Source of the DNA: Scenedesmus sp. PABB004
Lineage: Eukaryota
Direction: 5' to 3'
Assembly: GCA_014905635.1 (NCBI GenBank)
Contig: JABVCE010000008.1
Coordinates: 1,054,001 to 1,118,000, forward strand
Length of the DNA: 64,000 bases
Shown here: positions 46,193-57,594 of the stretch, in pieces
Layout: each line of letters begins with the position of its first letter
How positions within the stretch are numbered: the stretch's first letter is position 1
Notes under the pieces: model-generated
What the model saw: only the letters and a program-made list of their open reading frames with translations
Told to the model about the DNA's origin: nothing
Databases searched by the model: none
Translations under genes and position numbers: made by a program

Positions 46193-49177
46193 TCACGCCG
46201 CGGAGAGCAGCGTGTAGGTGCGGCAGATGCGGGCGTGCAGGGCGAGCTTCTCCGCGCCCGTGCCCGTCGCGGCGAGCTCGAGCAGGTCGGCCTGCAGGTG
46301 GGGCCACTCGCTGAAGCGGCTGGTCCGATCCTTAAGCCGATACACGGCCTGGGCCTGCTCGCGGCGGCGGCGCGGCGCTCGCTCGGCGGCGCGGCCGGCG
46401 GCGGCGCGCCACGCGGCCCGCGCAGCGCGCGGCGCCTCGCGCGCGGACCGATGCCGCACGGCTGCCAGCGCGCGGTCACGCAGGACCGTCCGCTCGCGCC
46501 CCGCGCACGCACACGCCAGCGCGCGCGCGCGTACCTCGCGGAAGGCCTTCCAGAGCTTGAAGATGACCATGCCCTCCGCCGCGGCCGCGCCGAGCGCCTG
46601 CTGCGCCTGCTGCGCCTGCTGCGCCTGCTGCGCCTGCTGCGCCTGCTGCGCCTGCTGCGCCTGCGCCTGCCCCTGCGCGGCGGCGAGCCCCGCGAGCGCG
46701 CGCTCCAGCTCCGCCATCGCCAGCCTGCGCGGCGGGCGGGGGTGGGCCCGCGGGCGCGCCGGCGGCGCGAGGCGCGCCCTGCGCGCCCGGCGCCCGCCGC
46801 CGCGGCCCACGCCTGCAGGGCAGCGCTTCGACGCGCGGGTCGGGCCGCCGCGGCGACAGCAGCAGCCAGAGCCCGCGCAGCAGCGCCCAGCCGAGCGCGA
46901 GCGCGGGCACGGCGGCGACGAGGGAGATGCTGAGCTCGTTAGCGCGGAGGATCTGGTCCAGCTCCAGCATAGCCGCCTCGGTGTCCAGCTTGAGGCGCTG
47001 CACCTGCTCGTACGTGGGCGCGCGGCGGTCAGCGGTCACCGCGCGCCCGCCCCGCCGCCGCTGCCAGCGCGCGCGCGGCCCGCGGCTGCGCTGCGCGCGG
47101 CGCGCGCGCGCCTGGATGAGCAGCGTGCGCGCGAGCTCCCCAGAGATGAGGTTGATGATGGGGTGCTTGAGGTCGGCCTCATACCGCGCCATCACGACCT
47201 GGCAGGGGGCGCAAGGGGCGGGCGGGAGGGGCGGGCGAGGGGCGGGAGGGGTGGGAGGGGCTGCGCGCAGTCGCGCCGGCGCGGCGCGCGGGCCCGGCGG
47301 CAGGCGGCAAGGCGGTGTGCGTCGCGCCTGCATGCCCTTGTTGACGGCGTCGATGTCGAGCAGCTCATCCATCGTGACGATGCCGCTGGGGGCGGCCCGC
47401 GGCGCGGCGCTGGCGGCCGCGGCGGCGGCCGGCGCGGGGCTGGCCGCGGGGCTCGCGGCCGCCGCGACCGCGGCCGCGGCGGCGGGGTGGTCGGCCTCGA
47501 ACTGCGCCAACATGCGCAGCAGCGACTCCTTGTCCGCCTCAAACTCGGCGTTCGAGACCATGCTGGGACGCGACCTGAAGGTGTCGAAGAGCTCGTCGCG
47601 GACGGTCAGCAGCGGCACGACGACGTGCTCGCCCCACGCTCCTGCGCGCAGCGCGCGGCCGTCAGCGGTCAGAGGGCGGCGATCAGTGCGGCCGCGCAGA
47701 GGGCGCGGGCGCGCACCCTTGATGCCCGCCGCCGCGGCCGCGGCCCAGTCGTCGAGGTCGCTGGAGCCCGCCAGGCGCGAGTGGCGGACCAGCCACACGC
47801 CGCCCCACAGCCCCAGCCCCGCGGCGAGGCTGTACCTGCGCGGCGCAGCGGCGCCGGGGGTGCTGCGCTCAGCGCAGCGCGGCAGGCGCCGACGGCCCCC
47901 TCCCTCGCCTCGCCTCGCCCCCCGGCTGCCCTGCGCTGCGCACCTGATCCAGTGGCGCTGCAGGCGCGAGGGCATGCGCGCCCACGCCGGCACCTCGCCC
48001 AGCGGGCCCAGCCCCGCCGCCAGGCGCGACGCGGCGGCGAGCGCCGAGCCGGCGTCGCCCATGCGGTGGCTGTCGGTGAGGTCGGCCTCATCTGAAGCGC
48101 CCAGCAGCCCCCGCAGCCGCGCCAGGCCCTGCTGCAGCGGCGGCGGGCCCGCAGAGGCCTGCCCGTCGTCCGCCGCCGCGACCGCCGCGGCCGCCGCGGC
48201 GGCCCTGTCCGGCTGCGGCTGCGCTGGCCGGTCGGGGCGGCGCACGAAGCTGTGCGCGAGGCTCTGATAGACCCCGCTGCTGCGCAGCTGGCGCGCTGCG
48301 GTGCCGTGCCGCTGCAGGAGCACCGCCTGCGCGCCGATCTGCGCCAGCGCGCCCGACATTGCCCCCAGCGCCGACGCCACCGCGGCGCCGACGCGCTGCT
48401 GCAGCGCTGCGGCGCCGCCCGGCGCGGTGCCGCCGCCGGCGATCGCCTCCAGCCTCAGCAGCGCTACGGGGCGGTGCGTGTGGGGCGGAGGCGAGGGCGT
48501 GGGGCGCCGCACCACCGGCGCCGCCGGCGGCGGCGCCAGTGCGCGGCCCCGCCGCGCCCGTGCGCGGCCGCACCTGCCGCCGTGTGCACCGCCGCGAGCG
48601 CCTCTGCGAGCTGCGTCGAGAGCAGCTGCAGCGCCACGATGCGCTCCTCAATGCGGTCGCTCGCCGCGACGCGCGGCGCGCCGTCGCCGTCGCGCAGGCG
48701 CCGCGCCTGCGCGCCGGCGCGGGCGCGGGCGCGGTGGCGGCCTCGGCGTCGGCGACCCCCCGCGGAGCGGCTGCGGCGGGGCTGCGCGGGCCGCGGCCGC
48801 CGCCGCACCCGCAGGTCTGCCAGCAGGTCGGCGACGAAGCCGCCCGGGCCGCGCGCGAGGAGCATGAACGAGCCGTGCCCGCCCGCGCGCAGCGCGCCCC
48901 GCCAAAAGTGCAGGCTGCGCTGCGCCTCCCACAGGCCCTGCAGCAGCCGGTCCGACGCGACCTGCGCCAGCTGCAGCGCCTGCAGCCACGCCAGCGTGAC
49001 CTCGGCGCCGCGCCCGCCCGGCTGCAGGCGGCTACGCAGCGTGTAGAGCACCGACTGCGCCGCGAGCGCGTCGAGGCCCGCCACGGGCAGCGGCTGCAGC
49101 CAGAGCAGCGCCTGCCGCCGCGCCGCGCGGTGCGCGGCGGCGCCCGCGGCCGACGCCGCCTGGCAGAGCGCCTCCAT
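46193..49177 (-). CDS. DGS1: DGS1/NCA2-family mitochondrial membrane protein, multi-exon
   Basis: SLLRMLAQF, MARYEADLKHPIINLISGELARTLLIQ|VQRLKLDTEAAMLELDQILRANELSISLVAAVPAL (NCA2 domain). Confidence 0.9.
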
Positions 49178-49588
49178 GCCTCGCCGCGGCAGCGGCGGTG
49201 GCGGCGGCGGCGGCGACAGCGCTGCTTGCGGCAGCCCGCGGTGGCGACCGGCGACGATCGGCGGCGCTGCTTGCGGCAGCCCGCGGCGGCGGCGGCGACG
49301 ATCGGCAATCGCCGCGATCGCGGAGATGTGGCGGCTGACGTTCTGGGCGCGGCTGGGCGTGCGCGGTGCCGCGGTTTTTGCGCTGCGCCGCGTCACAAAG
49401 CCCGGCCCGCCGCTGCTGGTGCCGCCGCCGCCGCTCGAGCAGCCCGCTCGCGCCGTCATTCACGCCCGACATTTTACCTCGACCGCACTGGCGTCTGGGC
49501 GCGCCAGCCGGCCGGGCCGCTCACACTCACTCGGCGGCCCAGCAGCGGCAGCAGCGGCAGCCTTGGCGCTCGCTCCTGGGGGCGAGGC

Positions 49589-50929
49589 ATGGCTCGCCGC
49601 AGGGCCTTGCAGCTCGCGGTCGCACTTCTAGCGGCGGTGGCGGCGTCGGCCGAGCCTCCCGACGCCGGCGCCGCCGGCGCCGCAGCGCCGGCGCACAAGT
49701 CGCACGGCAAGCGGGCGCCGCCGCCGTCGCCGGCGCCGACGTGCACGGCACCCAACCCGCCGGACGTGGCGACGCGGCCCTACTGCTTCCAGCCGCCCAC
49801 GGTCAGCCCGGAGGCCGCCGCGGCGCTGCGCGAGCGCGCGGTCGTGCCCGCGATGGCCTGCTGGACCGACGCGTGCGCGGAGGCGATGCAACAGGCGTAC
49901 AGCGACCTCTGCGCGCCGTTCAGCGCCGCCGCAGCGGCCAAGTACCTTGCGTCCGTGTCCAACGAGACCGTCGGCGGCGTGCCCTGCACCCTCGCCACGC
50001 CCAAGCCCGGGCTCGCGCGCGCAAAGGCCAAGGCCAAGGCCGGCGCAGGCGCCGGGCGCGCGCGCGCCGCCGCGCGCACGCGCTCGCTCCAGAGCGGCGA
50101 GCGTTTGTTGGTGTACATCCACGGAGGGGCGCACGTGAAGGTACGTGGAGGCTGGCGAGTGCTGGAGGGCAGCAGCGGCGGCGCAGGCATGCTGAAGCCC
50201 CGCCCGCCCGCCCGCCCGCCGGGCGCACCGCAGGGCAACTGCCACACGCTCCACCAGATGACCGCACCGGTCGCGGCGCTCGCGGGCCTACGGGCGCTGT
50301 GCGTCGGCATCCGGCTCGCGCCGCAGCACCCCTTTCCTGCTGCGCTGGACGACGCGGTCGCGGCCTGGCGCGCGCTCGTGGGGCCGCCGCTCGGCCTCAG
50401 CGCGGCGCGCATCGCGGTCATGGGCGACAGCAGCGGCGGCGGGCTGGTGCTGTCGCTCATGCAGCGCCTGCGCCGCGCCGCGCTGCCGCTGCCGGGCGCG
50501 GTCGTGCTGCTCGCGCCGTGGGCCGACGTCGCCAAGACCGGCGATACGATGACGACGCTCACCGGCGTGAGCCCCGTGCTGCAGTGGGAGCTTAACCTCG
50601 CCGCGCCGGCGCGCGCCTACGTCGGCGGCGACGAGTCGCGCTGGGCCGATCCGCTCGTGTCCCCGCTGCGCGCGCCCGACACGGCGTCGCTGTACGGCGC
50701 GGGCTTCCCGCGCACGCTCATCCAGGTTGGCCTGCGCGACGGGCTGCTGAGCCAGGCGGTGCTGCTGTACCGCCAGATGGCGGCCACGGGCGCGGACGTC
50801 ACGTTCTCGCCGTACGAGGGCATGTGGCACGTCTTCCAGGCGCTCGCGCTCACCGTGCCCGAGTCGCTCGCCGCGATGGAGGAGATCGCCGACTTCCTCA
50901 CGGCCACGCTCGCGCCGGCGGCGCCCTAG
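49589..50929 (+). CDS. Secreted alpha/beta hydrolase (HSL/GDXG esterase family), one intron
   Basis: Signal peptide; LVYIHGGA, RLAPQHPFPAALDD, GDSSGG nucleophile, QVGLRD, YEGMWHVF. Confidence 0.93.
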   Translation: MARRRALQLAVALLAAVAASAEPPDAGAAGAAAPAHKSHGKRAPPPSPAPTCTAPNPPDVATRPYCFQPPTVSPEAAAALRERAVVPAMACWTDACAEAMQQAYSDLCAPFSAAAAAKYLASVSNETVGGVPCTLATPKPGLARAKAKAKAGAGAGRARAAARTRSLQSGERLLVYIHGGAHVKVRGGWRVLEGSSGGAGMLKPRPPARPPGAPQGNCHTLHQMTAPVAALAGLRALCVGIRLAPQHPFPAALDDAVAAWRALVGPPLGLSAARIAVMGDSSGGGLVLSLMQRLRRAALPLPGAVVLLAPWADVAKTGDTMTTLTGVSPVLQWELNLAAPARAYVGGDESRWADPLVSPLRAPDTASLYGAGFPRTLIQVGLRDGLLSQAVLLYRQMAATGADVTFSPYEGMWHVFQALALTVPESLAAMEEIADFLTATLAPAAP

Positions 50930-51931
50930 GCGCGAGCGGCGCGCGGCGGCGACGCTCGCGCCGGCGGGTTTAGCGGCGGGTCGGCGCGGGGCGTCGGCAG
51001 GGCTCAGCGCCGGGGCGTAGGCGCGTGGTTCAGTGCCGCGCCGCCGTCTGGGCGGCGGACGTGACTGCTGGGGTGGGCATTCCTTGCTGCAAGGGTCCCC
51101 CACGAGCTGCCACGGGCTGCCGCACGCGGCCACACCAGCGATGCTGCGCCACGCCGCGCCCGGCTCCTGGCTCGCAGCCTCGGCGCGAGCCGGCCGTGAG
51201 GCGCTGCAGCAGCACACCCACTCGCACAGCCAGTGCACAGAACCCGGGCGGCCGCTGGACGTGTTCAGGGGCCGCGGCGGCAGCATGCAGCCTCTCGGCG
51301 GCGGCGGCGGCGCCCTGCAGCGCCACGGCACCAGGTGGGGGCGCGCATGGGCTATGCGCATAGGTGCACGACTTGGGGGTCGGCACAGCGCGCGCGCGGG
51401 CGGCCGCCGGCCGCCGCAGGCGCCGGCGGCAGCAGCGGCCACACGCCGCCCGCCGCCGCCGCCGCTGCAGGCCTCCCCGCGCCGCAGCCTGCCGTGGCGC
51501 TGCTCCCCGCGGTGCTGGTCCCTCCGCGCCTGGCTCGCGGCAGCGCCAGCAGCTGCAGCCGCCGGCGCAGCAGCAGGCGCAGCAGCCGGGCGGCGTGTGG
51601 CAGAGCGCGTCGGCGCCAACGTCGCGGCGCGCAAGAACCCCGAGCTCTACTCCCTCGCCGCCAGCCTGCAGCAGCCGCAGCAGCAGGCCATCCCGTGGCT
51701 GCCGCCCGCTGCCAGCACTGGCGGCGCGGTCGGCAGCACGGGCACGCTCGGCGGCGGCGCCGCCGCCACGGGCCGCGCGGCCGCGGCGCCGCCGCCGCAA
51801 GCCGGGCTGCGGCCGGCGCGCAAGCCCGAGGTGCTCGCGCCCGCGGGCGGCTGGCCGCAGCTGCGCGCCGCGGTGGAGAACGGCGCCGACGCGGTCTACT
51901 TCGGCGTCACCGGCTTCAACGCGCGCGCGCG
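50874..51931 (+). repeat. Direct repeat, copy 1 (esterase 3' end + intergenic + U32 gene 5' part)
   Basis: Aligns with 57595-~58660 starting at cgatggaRgagatcgccgacttcctc. Confidence 0.92.
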
Positions 51932-52066
51932 GTGCGCCCCGCCGCGGCGCGGCGCGGCGCGGCGCGCGACGTCTCCCGCTCGTCTCGCCGTGCTGCACCG
52001 CCGCCGCCGCCGTCCACGCGCGTGCGTCCGCCCCGCCGCCGCGGCGCCGCACGCAGCGCCGCAAAC
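51285..52066 (+). pseudogene. Truncated 5' copy of the U32 gene
   Basis: KPEVLAPAGGWPQLRAAVENGADAVYFGVTGFNARA-[intron 51932-52056]-RAAN, then an abrupt break. Confidence 0.88.
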
Positions 52067-52074
52067 CAACGTCA

Positions 52075-52147
52075 ACGTTGAGCTCCTACTGCAGCACCGG
52101 GTCCACGCCTGTCAGGGTCGTCATGGTATCCCCCGTCTTGGCGACTT
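52075..52147 (-). pseudogene. Inverted fragment of an esterase paralog
   Basis: The minus strand reads EVAKTGDTMTTLTGVDPVLQ*ELN, versus DVAKTGDTMTTLTGVSPVLQWELN in the esterase at ~50525-50596; TAG at 52086-52088. Confidence 0.8.
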
Positions 52148-52189
52148 CAACGCTGTTCAACACTGAGCTCCCTGCCGGCGCCGCTCGGC

Positions 52190-52771
52190 ATGCTCGGCGT
52201 GCCGTCGGCATCGCTCGCGAGCGCCGACACCTCGGTGTCCGACCCCTCCACGCTTGCGCCGCCCGCGGTGCCGCCGTTTGGCGTGCTGCCCGCGCCGCCG
52301 CCGCGTGGCGCCGGCGCCGGCGCCGCGCCCGACGCCGGTGGCGACGGCGGCGGCATCGCGGAGCTGCTCTCCGCCGTCACGGCGGCCGCGAGCGCGGCGG
52401 GCGTCAACCCGGCGCACCTGGAGGGCGTACTCGGCCTGACCGGCCTGCTCGGCGGCGCGCCCGCGCCCGGCGGCGGCGGCGGCGCTGGCGCCGGCGGCGA
52501 CGAAATCACGGCCGACCAGGCGGCCGCCGCGCTGACGAGCGCGTTCCAGGCGGCCGCCGCGGCGGCAGGCGTCGACCCCGCGTTGGTTGCCGAAGCGCTG
52601 GCAAACCTCGGCGCCGCGGCGGCCGCGCAGCGCGAGGCCGGCGGCGCGCCGCTCGCGCTGCCGTCGCCGGGTGGCGCCGGCGCCGGTGACGGCGGCGCGA
52701 GCGGCGGCGGCGTGCAGCCGATGGGGCCACCCGCGGCGCGCCCGCCGGAGGCGCAGCCGCAGCGGGCGTGA
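52190..52771 (+). CDS. Ala/Gly-rich hypothetical protein, possibly the orphaned 3' exon of a broken gene
   Basis: Coding-like codon usage (IAELLSAVT, EITADQAAAALTSAF); no recognised domain. Confidence 0.4.
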   Translation: MLGVPSASLASADTSVSDPSTLAPPAVPPFGVLPAPPPRGAGAGAAPDAGGDGGGIAELLSAVTAAASAAGVNPAHLEGVLGLTGLLGGAPAPGGGGGAGAGGDEITADQAAAALTSAFQAAAAAAGVDPALVAEALANLGAAAAAQREAGGAPLALPSPGGAGAGDGGASGGGVQPMGPPAARPPEAQPQRA

Positions 52772-53228
52772 GGGCGGGCGGTTTGGCGCACGGGGGCGGG
52801 CGCGGGCCGCGGCGGCCCGGCCGTATTGCATTGTGTTGTTGTTGTGTGTGTGTCGCCGCAAGCCATGGGCGAAGTGCTGGCGCGCGCCGCGCGTGCTTCA
52901 GGGAGTCGTCTTGCCTTCGGCGAGTGCCGCACGCGCTGCGCCGCGGCGCACGCCGCCTGGCTGCGCCGCCTGGCTGCGGCCGGGCGCGAGGTCAGGCGCA
53001 CTTACGGCGGGCGTGGCTTAACGCGATCAGCACAACTGCTGAAGCCGCCGCCAGCCGGCGGCAAGGCCGCGCGCATCGATAGTGTTACCAGCCGCCGCTG
53101 CCATCTCCACTGCCCGCCGCGCCCTCCCACTCTGCGCTTGCTGAGCGGGGGACTCGGCCGCAGCTCACGAGTCCCCGTCGACAACGCCGCGGCCGCACCC
53201 GGACTCGCTCCCCCACCTGCCAGCTGCC

Positions 53229-56200
53229 ATGGTCACCATCGTTGGCGAGCCGGAGACCAAGGCGGGAGACCTGAAGGTGGTGGTGGAGGACCAGCATGCG
53301 CGCCGGACGGCCAACTGGTGGGCGCCCGCGGCTGCGGCTGCGCGTTCCGCCCCTGGCGCCGCCGGGGCTGTGCGGGCAGCGTCGGGGTGGAGTGATCGCT
53401 TATTTTTATCGACAGGAGCAACCGCGGCGCCCCCACCGTGTGCAGACGCAACACGCGGCGCCTCGCCGCCGCTTTCGCGCCGCCGCCGCGCTCGCCCTCA
53501 CCGCGCCCGCTGCGGCCGTTCCGCAGGCTCGATGTCGCCTATCACTCCGTCACCGGCATGTGAGCGGGCGCCTCCGCCGGCCCGAGCGCCGCTCGCCGAG
53601 CTGCGAGCGTCCCGTGCTGACTCGTGCGCTGCGCGTGCGCGTGCCGCGCAGGATCGGCGCCGGCGTGCTGAGCCTGCCCGCCGTGTTCTCCCACCTGGGC
53701 TGGACCGGCGGCATCATAGTTCTCCTCTTCAGTTTCTGGGTCAGGTGCGGCGCGCGCAGCGCCGCCGCCTCCATCGCCCGCTGCTCGCGCGCGGGGCCCA
53801 ACGCCGTGCCCCGCACACACACCTCTGTGACCGCCTCTGCAACACCACCCAACCTCCCATGCTGCCTGCCGCAGCTGGTACACCTACAAACAGCTCGTCT
53901 ACATGCACGAAGTGCGGCGCGCGCGCGGCGAGCCGCTCCGCGTCCCTCCCTCTTTCTCCCCTCTCTCTCCCTCTTTCCTCCCTGCCTGCCCGCCGCGCCG
54001 CCCGGCGGCGGCGCGCGAGGGGCCCGCCTTGCTCGTAACGCCACGCCGCGTCGCGCTGCGCGCAGGTCCCCGACCTCGACTGCAAGGAGGGCGGCGGCCT
54101 GCGCCGCTTGGACCGCTACGACCAGCTCAGCACCTACCTCCTCGGTGCGCGCGCGCCCTGGGTCTCTCTAGCGTCAGGGGTTGGGTTGTCAGGGCTCTGC
54201 ATCAGGGCCTGCGCTGGGTTTATTGGGGAGGCTAGGGGGCGAAAGCGCGCGGGGCGCGCGGGCTCGGCGGCCGCACGGCGCGCCCCCGACCTGACCCGAC
54301 ACCGCGCCGTGTGTCGTGCCGCGCAGGCGAGCGGCGCGGCAAGCTCGCGCTGATGCCCTTCCAGCTCGTGGGGCTGGTGGGCACCGGCATCACCTACACC
54401 GTCGTCGGCGGCGACAGGCGCGCCGCCGCGACCGCCGCTGCCGTGCCGCGTGGGCGCCCCGCTCGCCCCTCCCTCCACCCCCTTCCGCGACGCGCTGGCG
54501 CCTCTCGCCGCCGCCTCTCTCGGCACGCCCACGCCCGCGCACGCTCACGCTCACACTCTCGCTCTCTCCCTCTCTCCCTCCCTCTCTCCCACGCGCCCGC
54601 AGCCTGCATGCCTTTTGCGACTTGGTGTCGCACGGCGGCACCGCGCACATGAGCAGGTGGCCCTTTTACATAATCTTTGGCGGCCTGCAGCTCCTGCTCT
54701 CCCTGGTGGGTTTTGTGAAGGAGTTGAGGGGGGGGGGGGCGCTTGGGTTGTGTTGAAACCCAGCGGAGGTCGGCCGGGACGGCTCTGCCCGCGGCGCGAG
54801 CGTGCGCGCACGCTCGCGCACCCGCCCACCAACGAACGCCCGCCGCCCCCCCCCCCCCCCCCCCGCCCGCCCGCCCGCCACTGGCACCCACCACGCCTGC
54901 TAAACCCCGCCTGGCAGCTGCCGAGCTTCAACGAGCTCAGCCTCGTGTCGCTCCTTGGCGCCATCATGAGCGTGGGCTATTGCGCCATCGCCGTCGCGAT
55001 GAGCGCGACGATCAGCCCCGCGCCCGGGACGGTCTCATACGACCCCATGGCGGTGCGTTGACCGCGGGTCAAATAGGGCTTAGGGTTTGACCAGCGCCGG
55101 TCGCGGCCGGCTGACGCCGCCCTCCCCTGGCGCGCGCGCCCACACGCGGCTGCTCGCCCGCCGCCGCCGCTGCCGGCGCCAGGTGCCGCGGTCGCCCGTG
55201 TCGCGGGCGATGGGCGTGTTCAACGCCATCTCCCGCGTGCTCTTTGCGTACGGCGGGCACAACGTTGCGCTGGAGATCCAGGTGGGTTTTGAGGGCGAGG
55301 GTTTAGGGGAGCGGCGGGCTGCGGGGGCGCCGGGCGCGCGTGGGCGCCGGCGGCGGACGCGCGCGCAGGCGCGCGCGGCGGGCCGACGCCGCGGCCGCCG
55401 CCGCCGCCCCCGCCCCGCCCACCCCCAGGCGACCATCCCGATCGGCGGCAAGCACCCGGCGAGCAGCGTGCCCGCAATGATGCGCGGTGCGGCCGCCGCG
55501 CCGACCCCGCGCCGCGCCGAGCCGCGCCGCGCCGCGCCGCGCGCGCGCGCGCCGCCGCCCCGCGCGCCCCCCACGTACGCACCGCCTCACCCTCCCGCCC
55601 TCTAAACCCTAAACCTACACCCCCCCCCTTCCCTCTCCTCAATAAAGGCGTGAACGCCACCTTCATCCTGACCGGCCTCATCTACTTCGGCGTGTCCGTC
55701 GTGGGCTTCTGGGTGAGCGAAGGTTCAGCGCCCCGCCCCGCCGCGCCCGCCGCCGCGCCCGCCGCCGCGCCCGCCGCCGCGCCCGCCGCTGCGCCCGCCG
55801 CCGCGCCCGCTGCCGCGCCCGGCCCGCTGCCGCGCCGCAGGGGCCGCCGCGTCGCCCCCATCCTCGACCCCTTGCCAACCCCTACGCCCCGCCGCTACGC
55901 TGCCAAACCCCTGAACCCCTGAATTGCAGGCGTTTGGCACCGGCGTCGCGGACAACGTGCTGCTCTCCTTCACGCACGGCCCCCACAGCTGGGCCGTCGC
56001 CATGGCCGGTGCGCGCCGCGCCGCCGCCCCGCGCCGCGCCGCCGCCCCGCGCCCGCCCCGCGCCCGCGCCGCGCCGCGCCGCGCCGCCCGCTAAACCCCG
56101 CCCGCGCGGCCCCGCCACACCCCGCCAACAGACATGTTTGTGGTCGTCCACGTGGCGGCCGCGTACCAGGTCTACACCCAGCCGGTCTTCCAGATCATTG

Positions 56201-57309
56201 AGCTCGGCATCCGGCGCCGCACGTGCGTGGTTTAGGGGGCGACGCAAATCCCTGACCCCCTCCCCTCCTCCCTCCCCCCTCGCCCCTCCTCCCCCAGCTC
56301 CCTCCCCACATTGTTTCCCCCTTTGCAGCGAGCACGCTGCCCGGCCGCGCGCGGCCGCGCGCCCCGGCCCGTTCCCATTCCCGCCGCCGCGCCTGGCGCC
56401 CCCCGGTCAAACAACAGCGGCGCGGAGCGCGTCAACCCGTTCCTCGCGACCGGCATCCGCCTCGCCTACGTCGCCGCCGTCACCGTGGTCGGCATCGCGG
56501 TGCGCCCCTGCCCCGCGCCCGCCTTGCCCCCTCCCACACACGCAGCCGCCCCAGCCCCGCCGCGCCGCGCCGCGCCGTGCGCGCCGCGCGCGGCGCGAGC
56601 GTCAGCGCCAGCCCATGCCTGAACCCTAAAACCTCGCCCGCCCCGCCCTGCCCTGCCCCCATCCTTGTATTTCAGATCCCCTTCTTCTCCATCCTCATGG
56701 TGCGCCGCCGCACCACCACCGCCCGCGCCGCTGCGCCGCCGCCGCGCCCTCCTCCCGCCCCCGCCGCCCCCCTCTCCCACCGCCCCCGCCCTGCGCACCC
56801 CCTCTCCCTGCTCGCCCACGCCCTGCTCACCCCCGCTCCCGCCCCCGCACCCCTCGGCCACCCCGCGCAGGGCCTCTTCGGCGCGCTCTCCGCCACTCCC
56901 ACCAGCTTCCTGCTGCCGCCGCTCTTCTGGCTGCTGTACAAGCGCCCCGCGCGCTGGGGCCTCGAGTGGAGCATCAACGTCTTCCTCGTTGGCATCACAG
57001 GTGGGCTGCACAGGGTTAAGGGGTTTGAGTCACAGGATTATGGGGCTCGAGTCGCAGGGTTTTGAGGGTTTCAGGGTCTGCCGTGGGGGGCGCCGGGGCC
57101 TAGGGCGGGGCGTGGGCGTCTGTGTGTTGTGCGCGGCGCGGGCCCGCCGCCGCCGCCTCACGCTGCCCCGTGCCGCGCCACCGGTGGCGCGGGTACCCTG
57201 CCCCGCGCCGCCCACTCTGCGCCGCGCAGGCATCATCGGTGTGCTGGGCACGGTCGGAAGCATCTGCTCCATCGTTGAGGCCTGGGGGACCTTCAAGGCC
57301 TTTGCTTAA
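53229..57309 (+). CDS. Amino acid/auxin permease family transporter, LHT-like, many introns
   Basis: RTANW|..AYHSVTGM|IGAGVLSLP...LGW, LVYMHE, RLDRYDQL, ITYTVVGG, LPSFNELSLVSLLGAIMSVGY, FAYGGHNVALEIQATIP, PTSFLLPP. Confidence 0.92.
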
Positions 57310-57594
57310 GCCGCAACCGAGTTTTTGAACCACCACCACGCGTGTGCACGCATGTCGGCGTGGGCGGGAAGGCGAGGGCGGGAAGGGAAGGCAAGGGAGT
57401 GCCCAAAAAAAGGGTGCTAAATGTGGGTTGGCGGCGCCAGCGTGCGTGCGCGCTCGCACGAGCGCACACGCACATGCCGGTGGTGTTGCTGCCGTGGGCG
57501 GCGCTGCCTCTGCTGCCTCTGCTGCTGCTGGTGCTGCTGCGCACGGGCGGCCGTGGCGCTGCGCCCGTGTGTGTCCGCCGAGCTTGTGTAAAGA

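Noticed and set aside
52086..52088. TAG aligned to Trp as evidence of a variant genetic code
   Set aside because: It is a single TGG>TAG change in a fragment, and TAG terminates intact genes here (ERMP1, esterase, ALG8).
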